Assembly (NCBI GenBank): GCA_002633005.1
Contig: NMRA01000276.1
Location: 160,172-224,171, forward strand
Length of the DNA stretch: 64,000 bases
Direction: 5' to 3'
DNA from: Phoronis australis
Taxonomy: Eukaryota > Animalia > Phoronida
Below the pieces are notes generated by a model. That model was given only the letters and a program-made list of their open reading frames with translations. It did not search any database and had not been told where the DNA came from. Positions within the stretch are counted from its first letter, which is position 1; each line of letters begins with the position of its first letter. A program made the position numbers and the translations under genes. Below are positions 1-13,119 of this stretch, in pieces.

Positions 1-349
1 TGCGTCTGTGTCCTTTTAGCTCGCCCGTCCACTCCCAACCCACACATTTTTGGCTGCAGAGCGGTAGTATTTGTCGCCGCGCTTAACAATAACACGAGAC
101 GCCATTGAAAATCCCACGGCGCTGTCCCAGATGCCCCGGCAATGTTGACAATTTACGTTCCTCCGAAACATAAAGAGCAACTTCCGCTTTTCGAGGTGAA
201 CGTCGTCTGCAACGCCGCGGTAAGAAAGGAATTTGCCGCGAAAATTTTATATCAAATCCGATTTTTTTACGCAGAAATATTATAAAAAAGCGGAAAGCAC
301 ATTTGAAAAAAGCGGAAATCCGCGTTTCCGCGGAAAATTCCAAGCCCTG
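1..349 (-). mobile_element. Non-autonomous DNA transposon (MITE) with CAGGGCTTGGAAT terminus, cut off by window edge; inverted copy of 27439-27924
   Basis: 1-349 is a near-identical reverse complement of 27439-27790 and ends in ...ATTCCAAGCCCTG at 349. Confidence 0.8.
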
Positions 350-1762
350 GTTACTTGACCCTAAAAATTACACCGATTTTCATGTGTTGCTAATTATTGT
401 CACAAATATGTTAATTATGGGTATTTCACTACATTATCAAATTTGTGCAATCACATCAAGCCTAAACTTTCTAAAAAAAATACCATATGACCGGTAGCAT
501 ATCGTCTACCTCTTGGGGTAAAACGCCAATTCCTGGATATTATGGTGCCAAACGTCCCATCACAAAAAAGTGCTGAAAAGTTTAGTTACGTCAAAAGTTT
601 TCAATCAAAATTCAGATTACCTTTTAACTTGTTTTCTCGATACTGTTCATCATTAACTTGTTTTCTCAATACTGTTCATCAAAATTTTAGATACCAGGAA
701 TTATTTGGTAAGTCAGAAATCACGTGACAGACATACGGAAAATTTGTGCACCAGTCCATCAAACGCATGAAATTAAAATTTTCTAGCCAATAAAAATAAC
801 CTCAGGTCTTATTTTCACTTTCTACACTTGCAGAGCACAAAATTTAACTCACCCCTAAGAACCTAAAACAATTAAATATTACAAAAACAGGTATGAAATC
901 AAGTGAAGAAGTTACTACAGAGTAGAATTAAATTAGATGCATTGAACCGTAATTTTCAATTTCAAAAGTACTTGGTGAAAAGTTGGATATTATAGAGTAA
1001 TTTAATTATTCTAAGTAGAATTCAACATTTGTTAAAATTGGACAGTTGGACAGCATTATAAAATGTAAAATGTTAATTTAATGACCTTATTAGTTGTTTT
1101 TGTTGCTGCCCTATGTTTGTATTTTTGGCATAACAAGAACCTTGATCTAAGCTTCAAGAAGATTGAACCAATGTTTAGAAATGAAAGAGGGAGACTAGTG
1201 GATGAACAGATATGACTGGAAGAGGAAAAATATCTGCCGGAATATTCTCTGAAACTCGAAAAAAATCAACAACCAAGAAATGCATAATCATATCTGCAGA
1301 AAGCGTGATGACTTTATTTAACGCCTCTCTTTAAAATTCCAAAGAAGCCATGAATAAAAAAGTTATATGAAAACCTAATCAAGCTACTCACTAATAAGGA
1401 CCTGCATTTGATAATTTTATGAGCTCGACATATTTCTAAAACATAATCCTAAATTTATTGTAATTTAGTATCTGCCTTCACACTGCAAGACAGTACCGGT
1501 GTTTTGAATCAAACTATGATTGCCATTATTTAAGTGGAATGCTGTCAACTGAACTGTGCTGAACCAATTTTAACTTTGGTTTTGAATACTAGAATCAATT
1601 CTGTCACACCACAGGGTTTTGCAATAGAAAACTCCAAACATGGCTTCTTCTTCAATTCAATGAATCTAACTATAGAACAGTTGCACACTCACTATCTTTT
1701 TCATCAAAAGTGTAGAAATAATATCAAAATAATGTATCAATCAATTATTCATAAGAATGTAG

Positions 1763-1878
1763 GAATGTAGACTAGACAACGCTCAAGTATCAACCCATCA
1801 TTCATAAGAATGTAGACTAGACAACGCTCAAGTATCAACCCATCATTCATAAGAATGTAGACTAAAAAATGCTCAAGT
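1763..1878. repeat. 44-bp tandem duplication (~2.6 copies)
   Basis: GAATGTAGACTAGACAACGCTCAAGTATCAACCCATCATTCATAA recurs at a 44-bp period. Confidence 0.8.
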
Positions 1879-1965
1879 TTTCCTAACAAGTCTCAACATT
1901 TTGAAACTACAACTCAAGCTTTTCAAACATGGCTCAAATGTCAGAATACATGAAGAAACCAAAAA

Positions 1966-2055
1966 CATGAAGATACATTAAGGTACATGAAGGTACGTGA
2001 AGGTACATGAACGTACATGAAGGTACGTGAAGATGCATGAAGATACATGAACATA
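1966..2055. repeat. 10-bp minisatellite (TACATGAAGG-like)
   Basis: About 9 degenerate units of tacatgaagg/tacgtgaagg/tacatgaaga. Confidence 0.75.
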
Positions 2056-2203
2056 CCAAAAACAATGCAATTGTTTGTCACAAAATAACACCAGAATCCA
2101 CATACAGTCACATACAGTCACATACACAGTGATTACAGGAAAGTTAAGAAGCTTTTAGCTGGTGGGACCTATTATTAAACTTGTTGAGTAACCAACTACC
2201 TAC

Positions 2204-2558
2204 CTTCCTCCCTGCATCCATCGGTACACAGTGTCACCTGAGCACACTTGCCGTACATATCCACAACACCATACACATTCGCCGGCACATTTGACGCTGC
2301 AATTCCTTGGTCTCGCCCATTCACAAAAAAGTGGAGTTCTCCTGATCCCTTGCGCATCACTCCCACCTTGTCACCCTCAGCCAACCCATCAAGGTCCTGC
2401 CCATACTCCTCTCGTATTGTATGTCCATCTTTCAATAAAGCTGTGCCTGACATTATCCATGTTCCTTCACGAAACCCTGTGGCGCTGGCTGGGAATGCCA
2501 GGCTGTTTGGCTCACATCTTGTCACACCAATCTCAATGGAACCACTCCATGAGTTAAC
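2204..2558 (-). CDS. NEURL4: Neuralized-like protein 4, coding exon 2 (rest of the first NHR domain)
   Basis: AG acceptor at 2560-2559. Translates [38 protein letters not shown]...[18 protein letters not shown]...[14 protein letters not shown]...[15 protein letters not shown], matching the NEURL4 NHR1 pattern. GTAGGT donor at 2203 (alternative GTAGTT 4 nt further). In phase with exon 1. Confidence 0.93.
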
Positions 2559-4220
2559 CTAGAAGAGCAAAAATTTGTCAGAGAATAGGGTACCCGCATC
2601 AACCAGCAGACATATTGGTTCAATTATTAAAAGGTAGAGGGGGGACAAAGAAAACAAGTTTACTTTATTGAGAGCAGCTGAAGATATGTCACGATTTTGA
2701 AGATATGTCACGATTTTGAAGATATTTACAATGAGCACAGAAACAAAATTCTATAAAATTCAGTAATCAAAAAATGACAGTATTTATTCATAGCACAGTT
2801 GATCAAATACTCAAAACATTTTTAGTGAAGTAATCTGCCCAGTGCTCAAAAAGTCCCCCTTTTCATCACCACTGGCAACAGCACATGTGGTAAAGATTCC
2901 AGCGTGTCACCAAATGGCAATGTAAAATCCAAATTTTCCCAACAACACTTCTGCTGCCATCAGATTAGTCTTATTTGAATAAATTTACAAAACAGAGGGA
3001 TAATAATAACACGTCATTCTGCGATGAGACACCCTTTTTAGAGCTCATTCGACTGTGATGCGCAGATATCCATCATTCAACACTCCATTTTAATTGTAAC
3101 TCAATTGTTAATTGTCACGTGGCAAATCTGTAGCGGTGCATGCATACACTGTCATGTACTGAAGAGGTTACACTTCCGTGGCATGAGTAGAAGTGCGAGC
3201 ACAATGAAAGACAGGAATCAGAGGTAATCAAACAAAATAATTTACAAATTCACAATTCACAAACTAAATATGCAAGTAGTAAAAATGGCAGGTCTACACT
3301 GGAGAAATGCATCATTTTTGTGACGCCACTTTGGAGACCACTTTCAAACCGTCTATCGCCTTTTAACTAAACCAAGTGGTGTGGACTTTTCGAGCGCAAC
3401 TGTTCCCTCTTATCAGAAGATTATGTGTGAACGCAGTATACTACATGTGAACATTTAAATGTGTAAACATTTATAAGTAATTATTTTATTAGTTTGTACA
3501 AATTGTGAAAACCATTGGACTCCCAAAGTACATAGTATTAGGTTTTTTAAAGTCCTTGTCTCACACGTTGTTAACCCTTATTACATGGTTAGAAGATGTT
3601 ATAAGGATCCAAGAAGTACCTACCCCATAACTGTAATACACGATCCGTACTCGAAAACAGTTTAAATGAACGCGCCACTCACGATTCGCACCCGAAGAAA
3701 CACCGCCATTTTGAACTTGCCGCGAACCCGGAAGTACAATTCATTCAGGAACCCAGGCTGAGAAAACGCAGTCAGTGCGACTGGAGCAGTGCCTGTACTG
3801 TTACCAGCCAGCAAACGGGGATAAAAAAATCGACAGCGTGCCTTAAGTTTGATAAACTCAAACTACGGACAATTTTATGGAATTTAATTTGCCGAAGAAA
3901 TGTGGCGAATAAATTTTGACAGAAATTATTTTGCTAGACTCGGGACCGCAGCCTATCGGACCTGGTGCGGATCGAGACCAGACACTGGCGAACGGTAAAT
4001 GCATGCGGTTGCAAGCTGTTTTGTCAAAGTAAAATGGTCAAATGATAAATGCTGCATATATTCAAGGGTAGTTTCAGACACTTGCATGAAATTACGGGCT
4101 GGTTAGTCCTGTGTCACACTGCCGCGGCAGACCTTAGTTAGCCTCAGTCACAAGCTACCAGTGAAGACTATAGTCAAAATACAGCTTGTTAGTAGGCCTA
4201 TACAGCTTCCCGTTCAGTAG

Positions 4221-4388
4221 CGCTAGGACCTCGCTAAGAAGCAAGACTTCGCGAGATTACGTGAGATATTGCCGTGTATTTTAAATGAGAACATGTGACT
4301 TTGACTAGGATTTTGCAAGGTCCTAGCGTAGGTCCTAGCCTCTACTGAACGCACGCCAGCTTTGCGCCTAACTGGTTGCTGGCCACAA
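4221..4388 (+). repeat. Dispersed repeat fragment shared with 61507-61628
   Basis: GCTAGGACCTCGC..AAGCAAGACTTCGCGAGATTACGTGAGATATTGCCGTGTATTTTAAATGAGAAC occurs at both loci. Confidence 0.75.
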
Positions 4389-6177
4389 ACACAAAAAACA
4401 CGAAAATTGAACAAAGTTTCTTTTTTGTAGCAACGTTTGTCAAAATGTATCAACGTTAAATCTTCACAAATTACAAAGTAGCCGATTGAACATGCCTTTC
4501 AGTTCAGCAAAAGTTGACATTGTAGGTGCCGCCAGAAATGAGACGAAGTCCAACGGGAATTGTGAGCACATTTATCACTTAATGAGTAACAACTGCGAGG
4601 CTGAAATTTGGTGAACACTGCTAAATCGTGCAGAATAGTAAGTAAAGATATGTCTAACTAAATTTCACCGTAATTTGTTGGCGAAAACAATTTACACAAA
4701 GTTTTAAACTCGTAACTCATCCCGCTGTCCTCCAATATGGCCGACGCGATCCAAACAAAGTGACCCAAATTTCGCCACAAAACTTGCAATAACTTTACAG
4801 TGCTTGCCCCGATTTTGATACTTTTTCGATTTTTACTGAGTAGAATGTACTACCTTTCCGATGATAGCAAAGTACTTTTTCAAAACGAGGAAAAAAATAA
4901 AACCGAAAAAAAATGGTTTCGACCCATATTGGTTCCTAGGTTCGACCGGCCTACGTAAGGAACTAAACACCAATGCTATTTTAACATACTAAGTACGCGT
5001 AACATTCCAAAAAAATCAACGACCACTAACTACAAACTATAAATACACTACATATGCAAACGAATCACGATATATTACTAATAAAACAAAATAATGAAGA
5101 CTTTTCGAGCAAGCCATAGCACATTCAGTTACAAGGAAAAAATGGCGGCGTTCAGGACAAGTTCCTGAACTGATGAGCCGGAAATGTGGGTACGGAAATA
5201 ACCGATGACAACCGGTAATCATACGCTCAGAGAGAAGGGTCAAATACTGTTAAAAAATCGTTTTTGGCAAGAAAGGCGAAAAGAATATAAAGAAAGGGTG
5301 TCGAAAATAAGAATTTATGTAGTAAGTATTTTTGGATACTAGAACCACATGGGCAGTTTGCAACAAGGACTTTAAATGGTATGCACTATTTGAAGAATAC
5401 TTGAGGTTTACAAAAATTGGAACACAAATCCGCGACAATGGGACGGTCAAGCACATTCTGCTACCCGACAGGTGGCGCAACGCTTATCGGTGTGGATTGT
5501 TTACATTTCCCGGATGTAGCTTAGTTGTCAGTGAGAAAAGTGAGTTTGTTTTGTTGTAAAGTCTTACTCCAGTTTAACTTGTCGCGAATTGAGAGCAAAA
5601 TTGGAGAAAAGAAAGGCACAGACGTCGTGATGCAAAATAGAGGTGATAGAAATGCAAAATAGAGGTGATAGAAAGGTAATTATGGACAGATTTCGTGTAA
5701 ATTCTAAGGTTTTCACATACCCATGTTCGCCTATCACTGACATGGCCCAAGTGGCTTTGTCTACGCCCGGCGATTTCGTGGCGACTTTTCCTTAAGTTAA
5801 CAGGTCTGACATGCATTTAATGTACTGTTCTTATGAACTACAGGTCGTTGGCTTCTCATTTATTCTTCCAGTAATCTTTTGAATTTCTATTAATGCACGT
5901 TCTCAAGACTTTCTCAAACGAACGAGTTCTAGTCGGTTACCCAGGTAACACTGTGACTGTCTACAAGACATTGCTTATTATACAACAAGGCCCAGGTGTC
6001 TGGCTAGATTATTGTATTATTTAGGACAATTGTATATGAAGAATAGAGAATTGATCATTCTAAGCAAAGTTGTTTAACATTCACTATTCCTGATTTTAGG
6101 TTACAAGTGTATCAATGACAACTCTGCGAATGTGCCGAGTGTTCAGCCTGAGCTAGCGATTGTTGACAACTGGCCCA

Positions 6178-6261
6178 GTGCAGAAATGTGACCTGGTCTT
6201 TGACCCGAAGTACTCATATTTGGCAGCCTCACCAGATCGGTTGATCGGAAAAGACATATAG
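6178..6261 (+). pseudogene. YqaJ/lambda-exonuclease-like fragment
   Basis: Translates VQKCDLVFDPKYSYLAASPDRLIGKDI*, resembling the YqaJ GL.I....P.LGASPDG motif. Confidence 0.6.
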
Positions 6262-6805
6262 GCAAGGATAAATGCCCCTATACCGGTAGAGACACAGTAA
6301 GAAAATAGTGCCAGAAAACTCTTTCTGTTCCTCACCAAAGACAGACAGTGAAAACATGTCACAAGTACTATCCCCTAGAATTAGTCAATAAGGTACTGAA
6401 AGCAAGACTTCAACGTAACCCTGATGACATTCATCCTGTAGATAAAACTACCAACAAGTACTTTAAAGAACCGTATGTTGGGTTTTACGCCAAGATTGCT
6501 CAACGAAAACTCAACAAATTGGTGAATGATTACTGTGTAAACCTAGAGTTGTATTAACATTCAAGTCTCTGAAACTGTCGAATTTATTTAACCCTAAGGA
6601 CAAAATTCCTATGGGTCTACGGTCCAGGGTAGTGTACAAATTTATCTGTGCTGGATGTGGCTCCAGTTATATAGGCGAAACTGTTCGCGATTTGAAAACC
6701 AGGACCAAGGAACATCTAAATTCTGACAGAGGTTCACATGTAAATATTCACCTACAGAGCTCCAATCATTGTTATCAGCAGTGCTCTTTCAATGACTTTG
6801 CAATA

Positions 6806-8487
6806 CTGTAAACGTTCGGGTTAACACCCATGCTCAGTTAACCGCCCACCCCCTACTTTAGGTGGATTTTCGATTTAACCGCCCACCTCTCGGTTAAGCG
6901 CCCATCCCCGACTTTTAAAGAATGAAGATTTAGCGCCCAGTGCTAAGGAAACGCGCGATTCCCCGACTTTTAGAAAAAGATCGATGATCACAATGAGCGC
7001 AACGACGCCGGGCCTCCGAGACGGTGGTTTAGCAATGTGAATTGCAATTATACAAGTAACGAGTTATTGTCTTGGGTCAAGGACTCACTTCAAAATATAA
7101 TACTTGAACGTTTTTGTCACTTTATTTTCTTCCCATGTTTGCAAAGTTTAAGAACGCCGCCGGCGTCAAAACCCCCGCTTTCAGCGACTTTGTCTGCCGC
7201 CTACACTCGCCTACAGTGTCTTGATAAAACAGATATTCGAAAAAATCAGGCCAGAGAAATGAGACAATGGTTAAAAGTATATAGTCATGCCCGTTTCTGT
7301 TACTTAGGACTGTCGCTATTCTCTTTTGATGTGTGACTTTGTAGTGGTGCACGCGCGCAAGTTCCCACACTTTGGAGTGCATGTTACCTTGACACCAACA
7401 TGTGATTGACAGGTGACTCGCCCGTAGGCCCTACGCGCATGCTGAATCCAGCCACTATCTTTGGCCTTAAAAAACGAGATGCATATTGAAAGAGGCCGTT
7501 ATATTACTTGACGGCATTTCCAAGTCACGATTGTCAGCCGACTGAGACATTGCGCGTAACAGCGGGACCGAACAGTGCAGCAGTGCGATATTACAAGTGA
7601 TATAAATAGGATAATCTGGACATCTTGCATGAACAATAAATGTTTTTCCACCACGAAGTTTGGTAAGGTGATCGTTTATCGCTGTTTTGTAGCGTTTTAT
7701 CACATATTTATGCCGTGGCTCGAAATTTTATTCTTGATCGACGAGTGGCACACGGCCGCTTATCCCGGATTCTTGTCTTAGGCCTAGTTCTTTGCCGAGC
7801 ATGTTTGGCGCAACGGCAAGTGAGCAATGCCAGGCAGTCGAGGTAAAACAGCAAGCCACAGAACCATACGCTGAAAATGTCATTGAGTCACGGAGTGTTG
7901 ACTATAAACATCCCAAACACAAAAAACATCTGAATTAAGGTTTTCAAACTTTTATTACAACCACTTTTAAAACTGCTCTCTGACTATGAACTTGGCAGCT
8001 AGTACAAGACTGTAACCATAAATCTGATGTCTGCTGTGACCTCTGCAACACGTGAAGCTTGCACGCGCGCACTTTAGTAAGATGAAATAGTTGCAATCCA
8101 AGTAGAGGCTGCGTGGTCACTGGTCGTCTGCGCTCTACACTAAATAACAAGACCGCAGGACGGCACGGGGCTATTACTCAGCAATTATGTAAATTTAATA
8201 GTGAATAACTAATCTGAGGGCATGATAACCTTTGTTAGGATCATCCACTGTTATGACATTTTTCCCGTCACGTGACGACGTGATGATAACGCTCTTTGAA
8301 AAGTGCTACGCCTTCCGAGTAGGCCTACGACTACGTGTGTGGTGTGGGTACTTAGATCACGAGGTAAGATTAACCGCCCAGGGCGCTTGCCTGTCGTAAT
8401 AAGTTCCCATGTTCGGTTAACCACCCACCCTGGATTTTTTGGGTTTGCCAATTTAACCGCCCAGGGCGTTAACCCGAACGTTTACGG
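6806..8487. mobile_element. Non-autonomous Tc1/mariner (pogo-like) element, TA TSD
   Basis: TA|CTGTAAACGTTCGGGTTAAC ... GTTAACCCGAACGTTTACGG|TA. Subterminal TTAACCGCCCA repeats at both ends. Precisely interrupts the GIY-YIG frame. Confidence 0.88.
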
Positions 8488-8576
8488 TAATAGACCAGGC
8501 AGTAACAACAAAGGAGTTTAAAATTCCTGAGGCTCTACACATCAGTTGGTGCAAGCCCAATCTCAATAGACAACTG

Positions 8577-9068
8577 CAAGGTACCTAAACTACATGCTTA
8601 CGGATTCATAAGCACGGCCCAAGGATGCATGAACACGACTCACGGACCTGCAAACACCCTCAACTGACTCACAAACACGGGAACGGACTCATGAAACATG
8701 ATCCACGCACCCAAATACACGGGACACAGACTCATATTCCGGAGGAAAGACGGTTAACGGACCGCCAAACACGGTTTACGGACCGCCAAACACGGTTTAC
8801 GGACCGCCAAACACGGTTTACGGACAAAATGGAGATATCAGCTGACCCAGGAAGCCGATGAGTCCGTGACATGTGTTTGGCGGTCCGTTAACAGTGTTTC
8901 CTCGTGAATATGAGTCTGTGTCCCGTGTATTTGGGTGCGTGGATCGTGTTTTGTGAGTCCGTTCCCATGTTTGTGAGTCAGTGGACAGTGTTTGCAGGTC
9001 CGTGAGTCGTGTTCATGCGTCCGTGCCTGTGTTTATGAGTCCGTTGACCGTGTAGTTTAGGTACCTTG
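8577..9068. mobile_element. Foldback MITE with ~200-bp TIRs and 5-bp TSD (AACTG)
   Basis: AACTG|CAAGGTACCTAAACTACA ... TGTAGTTTAGGTACCTTG|AACTG. Arms align for ~200 bp. Internal 21-bp repeats CACGGTTTACGGACCGCCAAA. Confidence 0.9.
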
Positions 9069-9184
9069 AACTGGCACACCACAGGTTGTCATTGTTGGTC
9101 TAGTTCATTGTCACTCCCTGTAACTGACTGTATCTGTGCTTCATTACTTGTTGCTGGGCCTAGCTAGGTGGCCAGTGTTTTCTC

Positions 9185-9230
9185 TCTTCTGATGATGGTG
9201 CTTTAATAAATGACACCGAAACATGTCAAC
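9185..9230 (+). ncRNA. Candidate minimal type I hammerhead ribozyme in the Penelope 3' region
   Basis: CTGATGA(9189-9195)-T-GGTG...CACC-GAAAC-ATGT-C: core boxes, stem II and a palindromic ACATGT helix III ending in GTC. Lies ~85 nt after the GIY-YIG stop. Stem I is weak. Confidence 0.6.
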
Positions 9231-10109
9231 TCAACTTAAAACCATTGTTGTTTTCTTTAATATTCCTCAAACTGCTAATAAAAACTTACAAATAATTTAT
9301 TTACAAAAACTAAACTGTGCAATACGAAAAACTCGCTAACTTCTGGCCGAACCAACAGCTGAACGTTTTTTGAATGTGGGGACAAAATTAGGCTTCAGTC
9401 ATCTTCATGTGCTAAAAAAATTAAGTACACCTGTTCATCATTTGGTCAAAATACATAAAATGTAACATGTTCAACAAGGTTTTAACATTGAGCTTGTGGT
9501 AAGGACAGGAAGTGCTCAGTTGCCATAGAGAATGAGAGGCCATAGTCTCCACATTCTTCAATACTTTTTTATGCAAATGTTTAGATTCTTAGAATAATTA
9601 TGAAAAGAAAAGGAATTAAACAATTGACATTGTCGTAATAATTCTCAACTGCAAAATTGGCACATTAAAATCACCAGTAATTTTTTAAACTTGGATAAAA
9701 TAATATTAGCTTCTGACTGTGGAACTGGCACTTCACTAAGTTTTTCTGGTCTACAGTCTATACAATCCACAGTGACTGTGGCACAGTGGTACTACCGATA
9801 TACTGCAGCATCAAAATTGTTGATAGTTGGCTCAACTCCCAAAGTAAATGAAATATAATATAGAAAACAATAACATAAAACACTAGCGTTGGCGTTTTTG
9901 AAGTTACTACAATCCGCTCAAAATCTGACAAATAGCCTCTGACGTAGAATCGACACACAGATGATCTGACCTCGGTTAAAAAGGGTCATCACTGGCAGTC
10001 TTCCATGCCTTGGAGATAACAGGAAGTGTTCAAAAAAATTTGTTCGAGACCGCAACGGGTAAGGTTGTATCATAATCGAAACATCAACTACAGTTGTGTT
10101 TTTCGCCAC

Positions 10110-10315
10110 AGTTATTAGTTGCTCAACAAATTTCCCCGCTGGCTGGTAATCCTCACCGCTTCTAAAGTGTTCATAACACACAAGTCACAACACGGTTCGG
10201 TCATGGTTCCCAAAGTCGATTCAACTTGCTTGACAGCGACAAACCACTTCTTCCCGAGGTCTCTATTCTTAGGAATGTCGTGCCCCCTATCTCGTTGTTG
10301 CAGAAAGGTACACAT
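10110..10315 (-). pseudogene. Degenerate THAP zinc-finger fragment (transposase N-terminus)
   Basis: ..IPKNRDLGKKWFVAVK.. then frameshifted LCYEHFRSGEDY, matching the THAP FP..W..C..HF...Y pattern. Confidence 0.55.
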
Positions 10316-10750
10316 CTTTCAGGCATTCTTATTTACGCTGATATATTACAAAACACCACGATGATATATCTCTTTAGCTCTGACTGTAAACAGTGTAAAA
10401 TGGTGGTCTCGTTAAATCTCGCGACAAAACCAAACTGATAAATATTGCCGCTAGAGGGACCTGACCGTCCTATAATACACCATACAGTATAGTCATGGTT
10501 AATTTGTATAAAGACTGATGCCGATCTGAGTTTAATTTGGAAAAATAGTAGTTGTTTAATGTGACCATCGAAGAGTTCTCCATGTTTCCATCAGCTTCAG
10601 TGCTAAGAATTTATACTGTGCATAATCGCATCGTAGAAAGCTTTCCCAGCACACGCTGATTTTCCAGTGATAAAGCTATGCACCAACAGTAGCCTATATC
10701 TGTACAATACTGTCGACTGCACAGGAGTAAAAAGTGGACAGTGACAAACC

Positions 10751-13119
10751 GAAATGCGAGCTGAGATTTTTATCAGCTCGTATCAAGTCGCAAAATGCGA
10801 CCTGGAATTTCCAACGGATGTAAGCTGAGTTTTTACACTTCTCGGCAGATACCTGGCAAATATAAAGCAACTCTCGTTAATCTGACCGTATTTAAGTTGT
10901 TGCCAAATCCAAGTTAAAAAGAACACTAACCGAGAACAGCCTTCCTGATGACTTGTAATCAAGTCACGTGAACATGGGATATGCAGAGTCGATCTTTGAC
11001 GCGTTTTATTGGCTAACATTTTCGGCCACTTTTTAATCTGCAAATTTACGAATTCCCCGAAGAAAGTTTCGGGCCACTGCATGACACATGATAAAACGGT
11101 GTTCCTATTAATTCGTAAGCGATCAACTTATCAAACTTTTTGGTAGACAAATATGTTTATTTTTTGCGCAAGATGCCCTTATTACATGTACCAAATATCC
11201 ACGACAATATCCCTGATATCGCACTGCGGCACTGGTCGGACCTGTTGTTAGTGCACAAGCGGTCCCGGAAGACAATCGTGACTTAGAGATGTGCGTCTCG
11301 TTTTTTATCGCATCAGACAGCCAAAGTGAAAATGACACCCATATTAATTGCCAAACGACGGCCACATCTTAACTTTCAGTTGCCAAGGAATTCTCAAACC
11401 CCTTACTTGTTTCTGGGGCTACATACGCGAAATATGGTTTGTCTTTCACACGTTGTTGCCAACGTAAAGTGAAGGCCTACTCCAGCGATTCAAGTGTGTG
11501 AACTCGCGCGTGCGCACCACTTCCAAGCTGCACATCAAAAGAGAACAGTGACAGTCCTAAATGAAAGGGTATACCGGCTTGGCTCTGTTAAGCACCCGCG
11601 TACGTGCCAGTGGTTTATTTGAATATGAACTCCTGCGATGATGTTTCCCGAGGTCAATGTTCCCTAAACCCCATACTCTATGCCCGTAGCCAGCTATTGC
11701 AACCAAACGGGTACTAGATGCAAAATTGTGGTTAGCAAACTTTTTATTCTTCTCTTCATACACCCCTCCTCCCGCCAACTTTTCTCTCCCCGGACCACCG
11801 TCGCCATAACATGTTCAGACTCCAATAGGAACAATCTTGTTCTGGCTGAAGCGTGCAATTAAAAACAAAATTATTCCGGGTGGCTAAAAAGGGTGCAGTG
11901 TAGGTGGAAACGATATCCAGAAAGTCACCCCTACTAGATGGAGTTAGCCTTGCAAACTCGTAATATTATAACGTTTCTTACCATTGTACTCTTTTAATAT
12001 CTTATTACCGCATGTACTCAGGTTAACAACTATTCTCACGCTCAAGCCTACTCCCTACCTTTGAAGTTTGAAGTGTTTCATAATAAGCGCTCACTGATCT
12101 ACTAACCATTCCCCCTCAAGTTTTGAGAATTTCCAATCCAATTAAGCGTCCACAGTTCAGGCTAGCGCCCATCATAGCGCAAAACAAACGACCGAGCGTG
12201 GTTTAAAATTGACACGCAGCCTATATAGTGTGTCACTCTCATTTGACATAACAAATTCAGTTTTCAAAAAAATGTCTTTTCTAAATATGTAAAAACCAAA
12301 TCCCGGCTTTGTTTTATACCTCGGAAAGAAAGTTAACACTAGTAACATGAGTGTCATTTTGTGACTGACCTGTTTTTCCCGTACTTGGAAGGTTTTGAGG
12401 AGCAAACTAAACTTATCCGATGGAAACCCGCGCGGAGTTGGGAATTATTTCGAGGCTATTTCTTTCATGGAAAACTTATTGTTGAGTACGTAAACAGCAT
12501 AAGTACAACATTTTTGTTGAGAAATTTGCACTGAATTATTGCCGAGCATCCAAATACGTCATTCGGTTAGGGCATCGTTTCACGGATTTTTTTCGACAAA
12601 TGTTTTTCAAATGTCGAGTTAAGTTGCAAAATTTGGGCTGTGGACAAAAAGTGGAGGAAATTTGCACTCCGAGTGAGTTTGGGTCTTTAACGACTTTGAT
12701 GACAGCTAGTAGCAGGTCAGATCTAGCAAAATCGAGGATACTTTTTCAACAAGTATTTTCTCGCTTTTCACATAGCAAACTTAGCTACTCGAATGCACGT
12801 ATGAGTTAGAGAGCACTAATTCAACTTTCACGTTGGCAACTTGCCTTGCACTTTAGAGCCTTTCAATGGCAGTCGGGAAGAACAGTAACGCCGTACCTGC
12901 ATGAACGAATTGCAATTTTTGAGTATTAACGCTGTAGGTAAGAGCATAATCTAAACATTTTTTCAATGATCTAACAAAAATCAATTTTGGTGCGTAAAAA
13001 TGGCAGAAAAATTTTGCGATCTGGCATTTTTGAATGCCAGCTGGATTTTGAAAATGCGACCTTGGATTTTGGCTAGGTCGCAAAATGCGACCTGGAGATT
13101 TTAATAGCATCGAGCTGTG
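10751..13119 (+). mobile_element. 5'-truncated copy of the ~2.3-kb CAGGGCTC non-autonomous element (see 20552-22914)
   Basis: Collinear with 20601-22914 along its length. Has an extra ~300 bp at ~11719-12020. Subterminal GTCGCAAAATGCGACCTGG repeats. Confidence 0.85.

Larger units (their letters stand above)
6348..9103 (+). mobile_element. Penelope-like retroelement 3' remnant (RT C-terminal linker plus GIY-YIG endonuclease), split by two insertions
   Basis: YPLELVNK..PYVG, frameshift near 6550, then KDKIP..RSRVVYKFICAGCGSSYIGETVRDLKTRTKEH. Removing 6806-8489 and 8577-9073 restores in-frame FAIIDQAVTTKEFKIPEALHISWCKPNLNRQLAHHRLSLLV*. Confidence 0.88.
5440..10471. mobile_element. Degenerate ISL2EU-like (PIF/Harbinger-related) DNA transposon shell containing nested insertions
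   Basis: AT|GGGACGGTCA at the left end and TGACCGTCCT|AT at the right (AT TSD). Weak subterminal similarity between ends. YqaJ-like remnant on + near the left end, THAP remnant on - near the right end. Confidence 0.55.

Noticed and set aside
83-343. Short ORFs at 83-343 and 27422-27772 with near-identical peptides
   Set aside because: Both are translations of the same MITE family, not a gene duplicate
3600-4966. Possible minus-strand Helentron-like element
   Set aside because: Only a suggestive AGTTCCT/AGGAAC end was seen; the other boundary could not be defined
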